Shown here in pieces: positions 1-7,107 of a DNA stretch of 11,929 nucleotides. The notes under the pieces were generated by a model. The model was not told the origin of the DNA, searched no databases, and worked only from the letters and a program-made list of their open reading frames with translations. A program made the position numbers and the translations under genes. Numbering within the stretch: position 1 is the first letter of the stretch; each line of letters begins with the position of its first letter. Origin of the DNA: a virus (taxonomy: Duplodnaviria; Heunggongvirae; Uroviricota; Caudoviricetes; Schitoviridae); the IMG/VR virus record IMGVR_UViG_2974569618_000001, positions 1 through 11,929 of that record, one strand, 5' to 3'.

Positions 1-21
1 AGGTAGATGATGGCGATAGTG

Positions 22-42
22 CCATACCATGCGTAAGCATGG
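22..42 (-). promoter_or_regulatory. Putative N4-type virion RNA polymerase (vRNAP) hairpin promoter firing leftward (+ strand is template)
   Basis: + strand reads CC-ATA-C-CATGC-GTAA-GCATG-G. N4 template-strand promoters as I recall them read CC-ATA-A-GTTGC-GAA-GCAAC (P1) and CC-AAA-A-GAAGC-GGA-GCTTC (P2). Spacing is the same: +1/+2 = CC (23/22), -8 G (31), -9 C (32), G..A loop closed by C-G. The loop is 4 nt instead of 3. Confidence 0.6.
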
Positions 43-43
43 G

Positions 44-119
44 GTGTACCTGTGTAGTGTGTATAAGAGTGTACCGGGGGGGTACTCTATATAAGATGGG
101 TGCTCCGCCCCAGTGTACC
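44..119 (+). repeat. Three direct copies of GTGTACC (44-50, 69-75, 113-119)
   Basis: Read directly from the sequence. Copies 2 and 3 extend to AGTGTACC; copy 2 supplies the left arm of the GTACC-GGGGG-GGTAC inverted repeat (71-85). Confidence 0.7.
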
Positions 120-386
120 CTGCATTGAGACTTACCTATCATCCGATTTCGTAAAAAATATGCAGAATATATTTATAGAAAACTTATCTCTAATGCTTGA
201 TAGAAAAGAAGCTGGTTTACGTCCAGCAACGGTTGAATCAACAAGGCTATAAGGTGCTACGTCAGGGGGTGTAGATGATTGGAGTTGTCCTTGTCTTCAA
301 CTGGTTCCGTTAACTCACGGTTTCCTTGAGGGCACGTCTATCAAAGCAATCAGGAATAGGGGGGTCTTTCCATTTCCATAAGGATA

Positions 387-415
387 TAGACATAAGACTT
401 AAAATACCCTATAAA
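387..415 (+). promoter_or_regulatory. Candidate sigma70-type late promoter
   Basis: TAGACA (387-392), 17-nt spacer, TATAAA (410-415), just upstream of the first RBS (AGGAG 432-436). N4 late genes use host sigma70 RNAP. The -10 lacks the conserved final T, so support is moderate. Confidence 0.4.
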
Positions 416-443
416 GGTGGACACAATCAACAGGAGATTTATG

Positions 444-761
444 ATGACTAATCGTGTAACCATTGAAGATGTACAGGCAGCTATCAAGTCAGAGACTTAC
501 ACCTTACTGCCTGATGGCAGAACCACTATCTGTCAGCTTACTCTGGACAATGATTTCACTGTCGATGGCAAGAGTGCTTGTGTTGCCAAAGAGAACTACG
601 ATGAAGCACTGGGTAACAAGTATGCCCGTGAGAATGCTGTCGAGAAAGTGTGGCAGTTCTTAGGCTTCCGTCTGGCAGATACACTGCACAAAGAGAAGCA
701 GGCCAATGATTTGGTGGCTGGCCTCAGTGATGAGGGTGACTGCGAAGGCTGCAAGATTTAA
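444..761 (+). CDS. N4 Gp49 / Sf6 gene 66 family protein (Phage_gp49_66-like), 105 aa
   Basis: Motif TTICQLTLDNDFTVDGKSACVAKENYDEALGNKYARENAVEKVWQFLGFRL fits the family pattern (C.L.L.NGF.V.G.SACV...NFD...G...A...A...IW.LEGY.L). RBS AGGAG at 432-436 favours ATG 444 (or 441) over GTG 417. Confidence 0.8.
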   Translation: MTNRVTIEDVQAAIKSETYTLLPDGRTTICQLTLDNDFTVDGKSACVAKENYDEALGNKYARENAVEKVWQFLGFRLADTLHKEKQANDLVAGLSDEGDCEGCKI

Positions 762-784
762 CCTTTCTTTTCTGGTTCAAATTC

Positions 785-810
785 AGGGGAGCTTAGTGCT
801 CCCTTTATTA
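785..810 (+). terminator. Rho-independent terminator-like hairpin
   Basis: GGGAGC (787-792), loop TTAGT, GCTCCC (798-803), then TTTATTA. The U-tract is short. Confidence 0.6.
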
Positions 811-824
811 TATGAGGTGAACGT

Positions 825-1511
825 ATGCTCTCTCTTGATCTGGTTCAGAAGGCTGTGCCTGCAAACCTCAAGAATGGTATTACCCAACAGTTGGTGGACA
901 ACATCAACAACATTAGCACTGACCCACTGACAGCACAGACTATCCGTGAGAACTTCATTTCTTATACGGGTGTGCTCAAGGATGGTAAGTTCAGCACAGA
1001 GCAGTACATGAATGCTGTGGCGTTTGTCAGCTACAAGCTGATGGGCCATACGAACCAAGAGGCTTATTTCAAGACCTTCCCTCAGCGTTATCAGGATATG
1101 GTGTCTGCCGGGAAGACCCAGAAAGAAATCTCTTCGTTTGTTTCTATCTATGCCAAAGGTAAGTTGGTGAACCTGATCATGGAACAGTCATTGGTGCCGA
1201 CATGGGTACTCAATGCTGACATTTTCCAGAAGGCCATCAACACTCAGGCTGAAATTATGAATGACGTTGGGGTGAACCCTCGTGACCGTGTGGCAGCAGC
1301 CAACTCCATTCTGACCCATCTGGCAAAACCAAAAGAGGTAGGGCCACTACTGAACATTGATATGCGCGAGCAGTCTGGTGTCAACGAACTTAGAGATTTG
1401 TTAGGGAAGCTGGCAACTAAACAGGTTGAGGCCATTGGTAATGGTGAGTCTGTTCAGGAGATTGCTGGTTCTCGTTTGTTCGAAGGAGAAAAGGTCGATG
1501 GCTCTAATTAA
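825..1511 (+). CDS. terS: N4 gp69-like protein, probable terminase small subunit, 228 aa
   Basis: RBS GAGGTG upstream; immediately precedes and overlaps terL by 14 nt; size and position match the conserved N4-like gene before terL. Function is inferred from synteny. Confidence 0.7.
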   Translation: MLSLDLVQKAVPANLKNGITQQLVDNINNISTDPLTAQTIRENFISYTGVLKDGKFSTEQYMNAVAFVSYKLMGHTNQEAYFKTFPQRYQDMVSAGKTQKEISSFVSIYAKGKLVNLIMEQSLVPTWVLNADIFQKAINTQAEIMNDVGVNPRDRVAAANSILTHLAKPKEVGPLLNIDMREQSGVNELRDLLGKLATKQVEAIGNGESVQEIAGSRLFEGEKVDGSN

Positions 1512-3096
1512 ACAAGACATTGATAAGTGGCTCGATGAGGTCAGTTACTCCTATCTGAATAGTGGTAGCTATGTTCCCTCAGAGTTCTCTCTTATCTTCA
1601 TGAACTTTATTAAGCTGGTGAACGGCGTAGAAGGTGAAAGTCATAAAACACCTCCTGTGCATCTCGCCATGCTTGATAAGGTTGTTGGCCCTTCGCAGTA
1701 TATCGCTAACTTATGTTTCCGTGGTGCAGCCAAAACCACTCTGTTCATGGAATACTTTGCGCCTTTTGTTGCAGTGTTTCACGGTTTACCGGGATTCGGT
1801 GAGATTGACGGTATGATCTACGTCTCTGACTCAATGGATAACGGTGTTAAGTCTGCTCGAAAGAACATTGAGTTCCGATATAACCAAAGTGAGTTCCTTC
1901 AAGAGTGGCTTCCTTATGCGAAGTTCACTGACAACTACATTGAGTTCAAGAACAAAGAAGGGAAGATGTTCGGCATCAAGATGTTTGGTGCTAAAACAGG
2001 TCTTCGTGGTACGAAGATCTTTGGTAAACGTCCTACTCTCTGTGTACTCGATGACTTAGTAAGTGATGATGACTCCAAATCTAAGGTATCAATGGAGGCC
2101 ATTAAGGATACTGTCTATAAAGGTGTGAACCACGCATTGGATCCAACGAAGCGTAAGGTCATCTTCAACGGTACTCCGTTTAACAAAGACGACATTCTCA
2201 TTGAGGCAGTTGAATCTGGTGCATGGGATGTGAACGTCTGGCCTGTCTGTGAGAAGTTCCCTTGCTCTCGTGAAGAGTTTCAGGGTGCATGGGAAGATCG
2301 TTTCTCATATGACTATGTAAGTGAGCAATACGACATGGCAGTGAAGACAGGTAAACTGTCTGCCTTCATGCAAGAACTGATGTTGCGTATTACCTCAGAG
2401 GAAGAACGTCTGGTTCAGGATTCTGAGATTCGGTGGTACTCACGGGCAACTCTTCTCAAGAACGCATCCACATTCAACTACTATATCACCACTGACTTTG
2501 CCACCAGCGGTAAGCAAAAGAGTGACTACTCGGTTATCTTTGTCTGGGCGTACAACGCTAATGGTGACTGGTTCTGGGTAGACGGCATCTGTGCTCGTCA
2601 GACGATGGACAAAAACATCGATGACCTGTTCAGGCTGACCCAGAAATATAAACCTGTCAGTGTGGGTATTGAAACTACGGGCCAGCAGAATGCGTTTATC
2701 CAATGGCTGCAACGAGAAATGATGGGGCGTAATGTCTGGTTCAACTTTGCCAGTTCAGCCAAATCAGGTGAGCCGGGTATCCGTCCAGTAGTGGATAAGC
2801 TGCAACGATTTAATGTCGTTGTTCCGTGGTTCAAAGCAGGTAAAATGTATTTCCCGGAAGAGATGAAAACCAGCAACATTATTGGGATGATCATCGAGCA
2901 AATCCGTCTGGCAACCCAGTCAGGTTTGAAAGGGAAAAACGATGACTGTATCGATGGCATTTCGATGCTTGGTTATCTCAATCCGTGGAAACCTTCTGAG
3001 TCTGCTCCTGTGTCTGAGCATGATCAGTCAGATGTGTACGAACTGTTTGAGGGGCCAGAACAAAACTCATCCGGGCTTTCCTCTTATATAGTGTGA
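1498..3096 (+). CDS. terL: Terminase large subunit (N4 gp68-like), 532 aa
   Basis: Walker A-like CFRGAAKTT, Walker B LCVLDDL, motif-III region FNGTPF, RNase H-like nuclease acids ITTDFATS..DYSV and NDDCIDGIS. Start moved from 1426 to ATG 1498 (AAGGAG RBS, overlap with terS end). Confidence 0.95.
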   Translation: MALIKQDIDKWLDEVSYSYLNSGSYVPSEFSLIFMNFIKLVNGVEGESHKTPPVHLAMLDKVVGPSQYIANLCFRGAAKTTLFMEYFAPFVAVFHGLPGFGEIDGMIYVSDSMDNGVKSARKNIEFRYNQSEFLQEWLPYAKFTDNYIEFKNKEGKMFGIKMFGAKTGLRGTKIFGKRPTLCVLDDLVSDDDSKSKVSMEAIKDTVYKGVNHALDPTKRKVIFNGTPFNKDDILIEAVESGAWDVNVWPVCEKFPCSREEFQGAWEDRFSYDYVSEQYDMAVKTGKLSAFMQELMLRITSEEERLVQDSEIRWYSRATLLKNASTFNYYITTDFATSGKQKSDYSVIFVWAYNANGDWFWVDGICARQTMDKNIDDLFRLTQKYKPVSVGIETTGQQNAFIQWLQREMMGRNVWFNFASSAKSGEPGIRPVVDKLQRFNVVVPWFKAGKMYFPEEMKTSNIIGMIIEQIRLATQSGLKGKNDDCIDGISMLGYLNPWKPSESAPVSEHDQSDVYELFEGPEQNSSGLSSYIV

Positions 3097-3103
3097 GGCA
3101 CAC

Positions 3104-3808
3104 ATGAATGTAGAGCAGTTATTTACCAATCTGTCTTACGGAGAACTGAGTAACCTCTCACTCTCTGCTGATGGTTCCGGTAGTATTCAGGAAGAACGAC
3201 AACCTCGGATCATTCTCTATGCAAATGAGGGTTTGCTCAGGTTGTACAGTCGGTTCCTCCTGCTTGAAAAAGATATTCTGATCGAGATGGTGGAGCACAT
3301 TACCAACTACCATTTCTTGAAGAAATTTACGGAATCTCATCACGATCCAGAGTCGGAACACTACCCGTACATCAAGGATCTGATCGGGGAACCATACGAA
3401 GAGGACATGCTGAAAATCTTGGCTGTGTATAACAGTCTTGGTCAGAAGGTTCCTTTAAACGATAATGAACGAATCGACTCAGTGTTTACTCCACGCGACA
3501 AGTTACTGCAAGTACCTCGTCCGATTGACGGAGCATCACTCAGCGTGTTGTATCAAGCGAAGCACCCAACGCTAACCATCGATGACTTGCAGCAGGAGAT
3601 CATTCTTCCTGTGGTTCTCGAAGGAGCCTTAACCGCTTATATCGCTTACAAGGTGTTCAGTCACATGAACACAGACGTTAGCTCTCAGAAAGCTCAAGAG
3701 CACATCCAAATCTTCAATAACATCTGTGATGAAGTCGAGGATCGTGACATGGTTGGTTCCAGTGTAGCCACTACAAACGCTCGTTTCGGTAAACGAGGAT
3801 GGGTATAA
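3104..3808 (+). CDS. N4 gp67-like virion structural protein (probable head-tail adaptor), 234 aa
   Basis: RBS GAGG. N-terminus LFTNLSYGELSNLSLS and ANEGLLRLYSRFLL match my recollection of N4 gp67 homologues; position directly after terL is the conserved gp67 slot. Confidence 0.8.
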   Translation: MNVEQLFTNLSYGELSNLSLSADGSGSIQEERQPRIILYANEGLLRLYSRFLLLEKDILIEMVEHITNYHFLKKFTESHHDPESEHYPYIKDLIGEPYEEDMLKILAVYNSLGQKVPLNDNERIDSVFTPRDKLLQVPRPIDGASLSVLYQAKHPTLTIDDLQQEIILPVVLEGALTAYIAYKVFSHMNTDVSSQKAQEHIQIFNNICDEVEDRDMVGSSVATTNARFGKRGWV

Positions 3809-3812
3809 AAAT

Positions 3813-4901
3813 ATGCGTACAGTAAATGATCCTTACGGTGGCTACTCGCCACTGGTAGACAAGATGATTGGCAATGCCTACGAAGTTGTTAAGCACGTAG
3901 CCATGAATCTGATGTACGTCCGTCATGTATCGGGCAATCTGGAACAAGTTTTTACGGTTGCAACGAACATTCAGGACGTGCTGACCAATGCTCGCAATAT
4001 GGATTACATCCAGAAAGTCTCTGCCATTGATGCAGAGGTTATTGCACTTGGTTCCAACATTAATGGTCTGGTGAATCTTGCCAATAACCTCGCTGCTCTG
4101 CTGCATCTGAACAGCAATATGGCTCCACTGATTTCACTGGAACCAAAGGCAGATGATCTGGTTAATCTGAACAGTCACCAGACTGAGTACATGGCTGTCT
4201 ATAACTCGCTGTCTGACATTAAGGCCGTTAGTGCTGACCTGACTGCTATCAACGCAATCTACGCCAACATCAATGACCTCGTGAAAGTCGGTAAAAATGC
4301 TGATGCTCTGGTTGAAGTGGCTAATGCTCTGCCAGCTATTACTGCCGTGCAGCAGAAACTGGATATTCTGGAAACCATTTACACCAATCTGGCCCAGATC
4401 ACCCCAGTTGGTCAGAATATCGAGAAGGTAATTGCTGTCTCTGATGACCTGACCAACATCAATGCAGTGAATGCAAAGCTGACAGAGATTGAAGCAGTGG
4501 CTCAGTCCATCGCTAATGTCAATTCTGTTGCTGGTTCTCTGACAAAGGTGAATCAGGTTGCTGACGACTTGGCTAACATCAACGCTGTAGCAGCAAAATT
4601 GCCTCAGCTTGATACCATTGCCAATAAAGTAGACAACCTGCAATCACAGAAAACTGTCACAGGTACTGCACCTGCTGTTTCAGCGTCAGTAAACGTGGCA
4701 ATGGGTACGGCAGCAACAACCGTGAAAGCAGTAAACGTGAAAGTAACAGGTACTGACGGGACAGTTTACTTCCCATCTGCATCGACTTTCAGTTATTCCC
4801 TTACTGGTTCCAATCTGGTTGTGACTTCTGCTGCATCTGCTCCAGCAAATATGGTCGGTGGTGCTATCGAAGCCCTGATCTCCTACACTCCGGCATCATA
4901 A
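3813..4901 (+). CDS. gp66-like tail fibre/appendage: virion anchor, long decad-repeat helical stalk, small beta-rich C-terminal domain, 362 aa
   Basis: N-terminal LVDKMIGNAYEVVKHVA resembles N4-like fibre anchors. Residues 21-280 show strict 10-residue periodicity. The last ~80 aa are Thr/Val/Ser/Ala-rich with beta-strand patterns. No enzymatic domain seen. Confidence 0.75.
   Translation: MRTVNDPYGGYSPLVDKMIGNAYEVVKHVAMNLMYVRHVSGNLEQVFTVATNIQDVLTNARNMDYIQKVSAIDAEVIALGSNINGLVNLANNLAALLHLNSNMAPLISLEPKADDLVNLNSHQTEYMAVYNSLSDIKAVSADLTAINAIYANINDLVKVGKNADALVEVANALPAITAVQQKLDILETIYTNLAQITPVGQNIEKVIAVSDDLTNINAVNAKLTEIEAVAQSIANVNSVAGSLTKVNQVADDLANINAVAAKLPQLDTIANKVDNLQSQKTVTGTAPAVSASVNVAMGTAATTVKAVNVKVTGTDGTVYFPSASTFSYSLTGSNLVVTSAASAPANMVGGAIEALISYTPAS
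3873..4652 (+). repeat. 26 tandem 10-aa repeats (consensus x-[N/D/K/S]-L-x-x-[I/V/L]-x-x-V-A)
   Basis: For example DDLTNINAVN/AKLTEIEAVA/QSIANVNSVA/GSLTKVNQVA/DDLANINAVA/AKLPQLDTIA; hydrophobic residues at positions 3, 6 and 9 with no register break. Confidence 0.85.
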
Positions 4902-4910
4902 GGAAAGGAA

Positions 4911-7094
4911 ATGAGGGATAAACCGTATCTGCCACAGCACTACTTCCAATTGGATGATCAGTGGTCAAGCCGTGTAATCCAAAACCACGGTGGGCAACCA
5001 GCGAAAAAAGTCTCGTTGGTTCCTGATGCTATTACTTTTGGGTCTGTAACGGCTGGACAGCTCTCAGTTGTCCAAAAAGCAACGTTAATGAACACGGGTT
5101 ACTTGCCTTTACTGGTTCGAAAAGTCCGTTTAGCTGGTGATTTTGTTGTGTCTCACAACCTGCCAATTAGCGGAGTAATCGAACCAAACGAAAGTATTGA
5201 GTTCCAGCTACAATTCGCACCTCAACGTGTGGGTATCACAACTGGTGGTCTGTATATCGACACCGATGCACACGGGGAAAACGAATATGTGGCGTTACTG
5301 GGTAACGGTCTGGCATCCGGTGTTGGTGTGGCTGTGCTCTCTACTACTTCACTGTCTTTTGGTAGTGTAAAAATCAACACTACCTCTGCTGTGAAACCCG
5401 TAGTTGTGACCAACTCAGGCACAGAAGACCTCACAATCAGTAAAATTGCAGTTACTGGTGAGTTTGCTGCTGCATTGAGTACCCCGGTTGTACTGGGTGC
5501 AGGTCAAAGTGCCACTATCAACGTGACATTTAGCCCAACCTCAGTGGGATCCAAGAACAGTACACTGACGATTACCCATGATGGTAACGGTGGTAACACT
5601 GTTTCCTTATCTGGTTCAGGTACGACAGGTACTGGTCTGCCAACTCTCTCTATCAGCAATGCTGTTATTGAGACTTCAATCGGATCAGCCAGTGTATCGG
5701 CCTCAACTCAGTCACTGTCATTTGCAGACACGACTGTTGGTAATAGCAGTGATGCTCAATCTGTCACCCTGACTAACTCAGGAGACGGATCAGCAAAGAT
5801 AGTTGACCTGTCATTCCCCACCAGCAACTTCAAGTTTGCATCTGGAAGTGCTGCGACAGGTACTGTCATTCCTGCTGGGGGTTCTGTCACAGTGAAATTG
5901 GTATTCTCTCCGGCTTCTGCCGGGGAGGTTACTGGCACACTGTTGATTTCTACCGATGCAGCAGTTGGCAATGAGTTTTCAATTGCTCTTGCTGGTTCTG
6001 CCATTGCTGCTCCAGTTGTGATGAAGCGACTGAGTACCAGTGGTACGAAATTTGTCGATGAAGACGGTAAAGAAGTACGTCTGAAATCGGTCAACTGGTT
6101 CGGTATGGAAGATGAGAACTACACTCCGCATGGAACATGGATCCGTCCGTGGAAAGCCATCATTGATGACATTGCTTCAATGGGCTTCAACTGTATTCGC
6201 CTTGCCTTTTCTGGTTCTGCGACAACAGCCGGAAGGACTCCACCAGCTTCTGCTATTAACAGCGAAGCAAATCCCGATTTGGTAGGTCTGACTTCGTTAG
6301 CCATTCTGGATAAATATGTCGATTACTGTACTCAGAAGGGTGTTTACATTGTTCTTGATCACCATCGCCGTACTGCTGGCTCCGGGGGTACTGACGGCTC
6401 TCCTGTTTCATCGGACTACACCTTAGCAATGTGGAAAGCATCATGGGCAGTCATGGCAAATCGCTATGGTAACAACCCAACTGTTGTGGGTGCAGACTTG
6501 CACAACGAACCACACCAACTGGATTGGCCTACATGGAACAGTTATGCCACCGAAGTGGGTAACGCTACTCTGGCTATTGCTCCTGATTGGATCATGTTTG
6601 TTCAGGGTGTTGGAACCAGTACAGATGGAACCAATAACTGGTGGGGTGGTGCTCTGAAAGATGTTGCCACGACTCCGGTTGTGCTGAACAAGGCTAATCG
6701 TCTGGCGTACTCGCCTCACGAATACGGTCAATCAGTGGGTTCACAGGATTGGCTTGCTACTGACAGCAAACCAGTCACCAACTACCCAAATAACCTGCCT
6801 GCTATCTGGGATAAGAACTGGGGCTTTATCGTTAAAAACGGAATTGCTCCTATCTGGATCGGTGAGTTTGGTGGTAAATTTGGGGTCGATGGTTCTGGTG
6901 CAGTTAACCAGCCAAATGGCATTGTTGAAAAACAGTGGGTACAGACTCTGGTCAGCTATATGAACACGAATAAAATGTCATTTGCTTACTGGTCTTATAA
7001 CCCTAACAGCACAGACACAGGTGGACTGATCCAAGATGATTGGGTAACTCATCAGACTGTCAAACTCAACTTACTGGCCCCTGCTCTGGCCTAA
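4911..7094 (+). CDS. Modular GH5 (subfamily 1-like) endoglucanase: N-terminal extension, 3 ASH/choice-of-anchor-D Ig-like domains, GH5 catalytic domain, 727 aa
   Basis: GH5 motifs RLKSVNWFGME, LDHHR, DLHNEPH (acid/base E533, nt 6507), YSPHEYGQSV, IWIGEFGG (nucleophile E652, nt 6864), WSYNPNSTDTGG parallel Acidothermus E1-type Cel5A. Three repeats of L.F..V..G..S....L.N.G...L.I......F......[LI]..G.S....V.F.P...G...G.L.I.......V.L.G.G at aa ~34-133, ~139-237, ~260-364. No signal peptide. RBS AAGGAAAGGA. Confidence 0.93.
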   Translation: MRDKPYLPQHYFQLDDQWSSRVIQNHGGQPAKKVSLVPDAITFGSVTAGQLSVVQKATLMNTGYLPLLVRKVRLAGDFVVSHNLPISGVIEPNESIEFQLQFAPQRVGITTGGLYIDTDAHGENEYVALLGNGLASGVGVAVLSTTSLSFGSVKINTTSAVKPVVVTNSGTEDLTISKIAVTGEFAAALSTPVVLGAGQSATINVTFSPTSVGSKNSTLTITHDGNGGNTVSLSGSGTTGTGLPTLSISNAVIETSIGSASVSASTQSLSFADTTVGNSSDAQSVTLTNSGDGSAKIVDLSFPTSNFKFASGSAATGTVIPAGGSVTVKLVFSPASAGEVTGTLLISTDAAVGNEFSIALAGSAIAAPVVMKRLSTSGTKFVDEDGKEVRLKSVNWFGMEDENYTPHGTWIRPWKAIIDDIASMGFNCIRLAFSGSATTAGRTPPASAINSEANPDLVGLTSLAILDKYVDYCTQKGVYIVLDHHRRTAGSGGTDGSPVSSDYTLAMWKASWAVMANRYGNNPTVVGADLHNEPHQLDWPTWNSYATEVGNATLAIAPDWIMFVQGVGTSTDGTNNWWGGALKDVATTPVVLNKANRLAYSPHEYGQSVGSQDWLATDSKPVTNYPNNLPAIWDKNWGFIVKNGIAPIWIGEFGGKFGVDGSGAVNQPNGIVEKQWVQTLVSYMNTNKMSFAYWSYNPNSTDTGGLIQDDWVTHQTVKLNLLAPALA

Positions 7095-7107
7095 TAAGGA
7101 AACTTAA

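Larger units (their letters stand above)
1..416. other. Non-coding terminal region, probably (part of) the N4-type direct terminal repeat
   Basis: No ORF >=60 aa; several hairpins (10-25, 27-42, 71-85, 211-227); AT-rich stretch ~150-210. It lies upstream of the terminase module, which in N4-like genomes is next to the right genome end. DTR status is inferred and cannot be proven from one window. Confidence 0.5.

Noticed and set aside
98-116. Minus-strand GGGGC-GGA-GCACCC with the GC-GGA-GC core of an N4 promoter hairpin
   Set aside because: The stem needs a bulge, and the predicted +1/+2 template bases are A/T rather than CC, so the geometry does not fit.
211-242. GCTGG-TTTACGT-CCAGC hairpin resembling a tRNA anticodon arm (TAC), followed by GGTTGAATC and the short palindrome GTTGA-A-TCAAC
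   Set aside because: No D-arm, no canonical TTCRANY T-loop at the right spacing, and no acceptor stem or CCA. Not a tRNA; the 5-bp palindrome is near chance level.
706-930. Small + strand ORFs 463-663 and 706-930
   Set aside because: Alternative frames overlapping real genes; 706-930 also spans a terminator. No supporting motifs.
1426-1497. Longest-ORF starts from the track: terL 1426, also Gp49 417, holin 9839 and Rz 10681
   Set aside because: The extensions lack RBSs and most overlap upstream genes heavily. Downstream ATGs (1498, 444, 9905, 10747) have RBSs or translational-coupling overlaps and give family-typical N-termini.
4134-4643. 169-aa minus-strand ORF, and the other antisense ORFs (e.g. 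2598-2960, 3771-4106, 5756-6094, 7645-8121, 9067-9459, 10620-10985, 11528-11806)
   Set aside because: Antisense shadows of well-supported + strand genes with no recognisable motifs.
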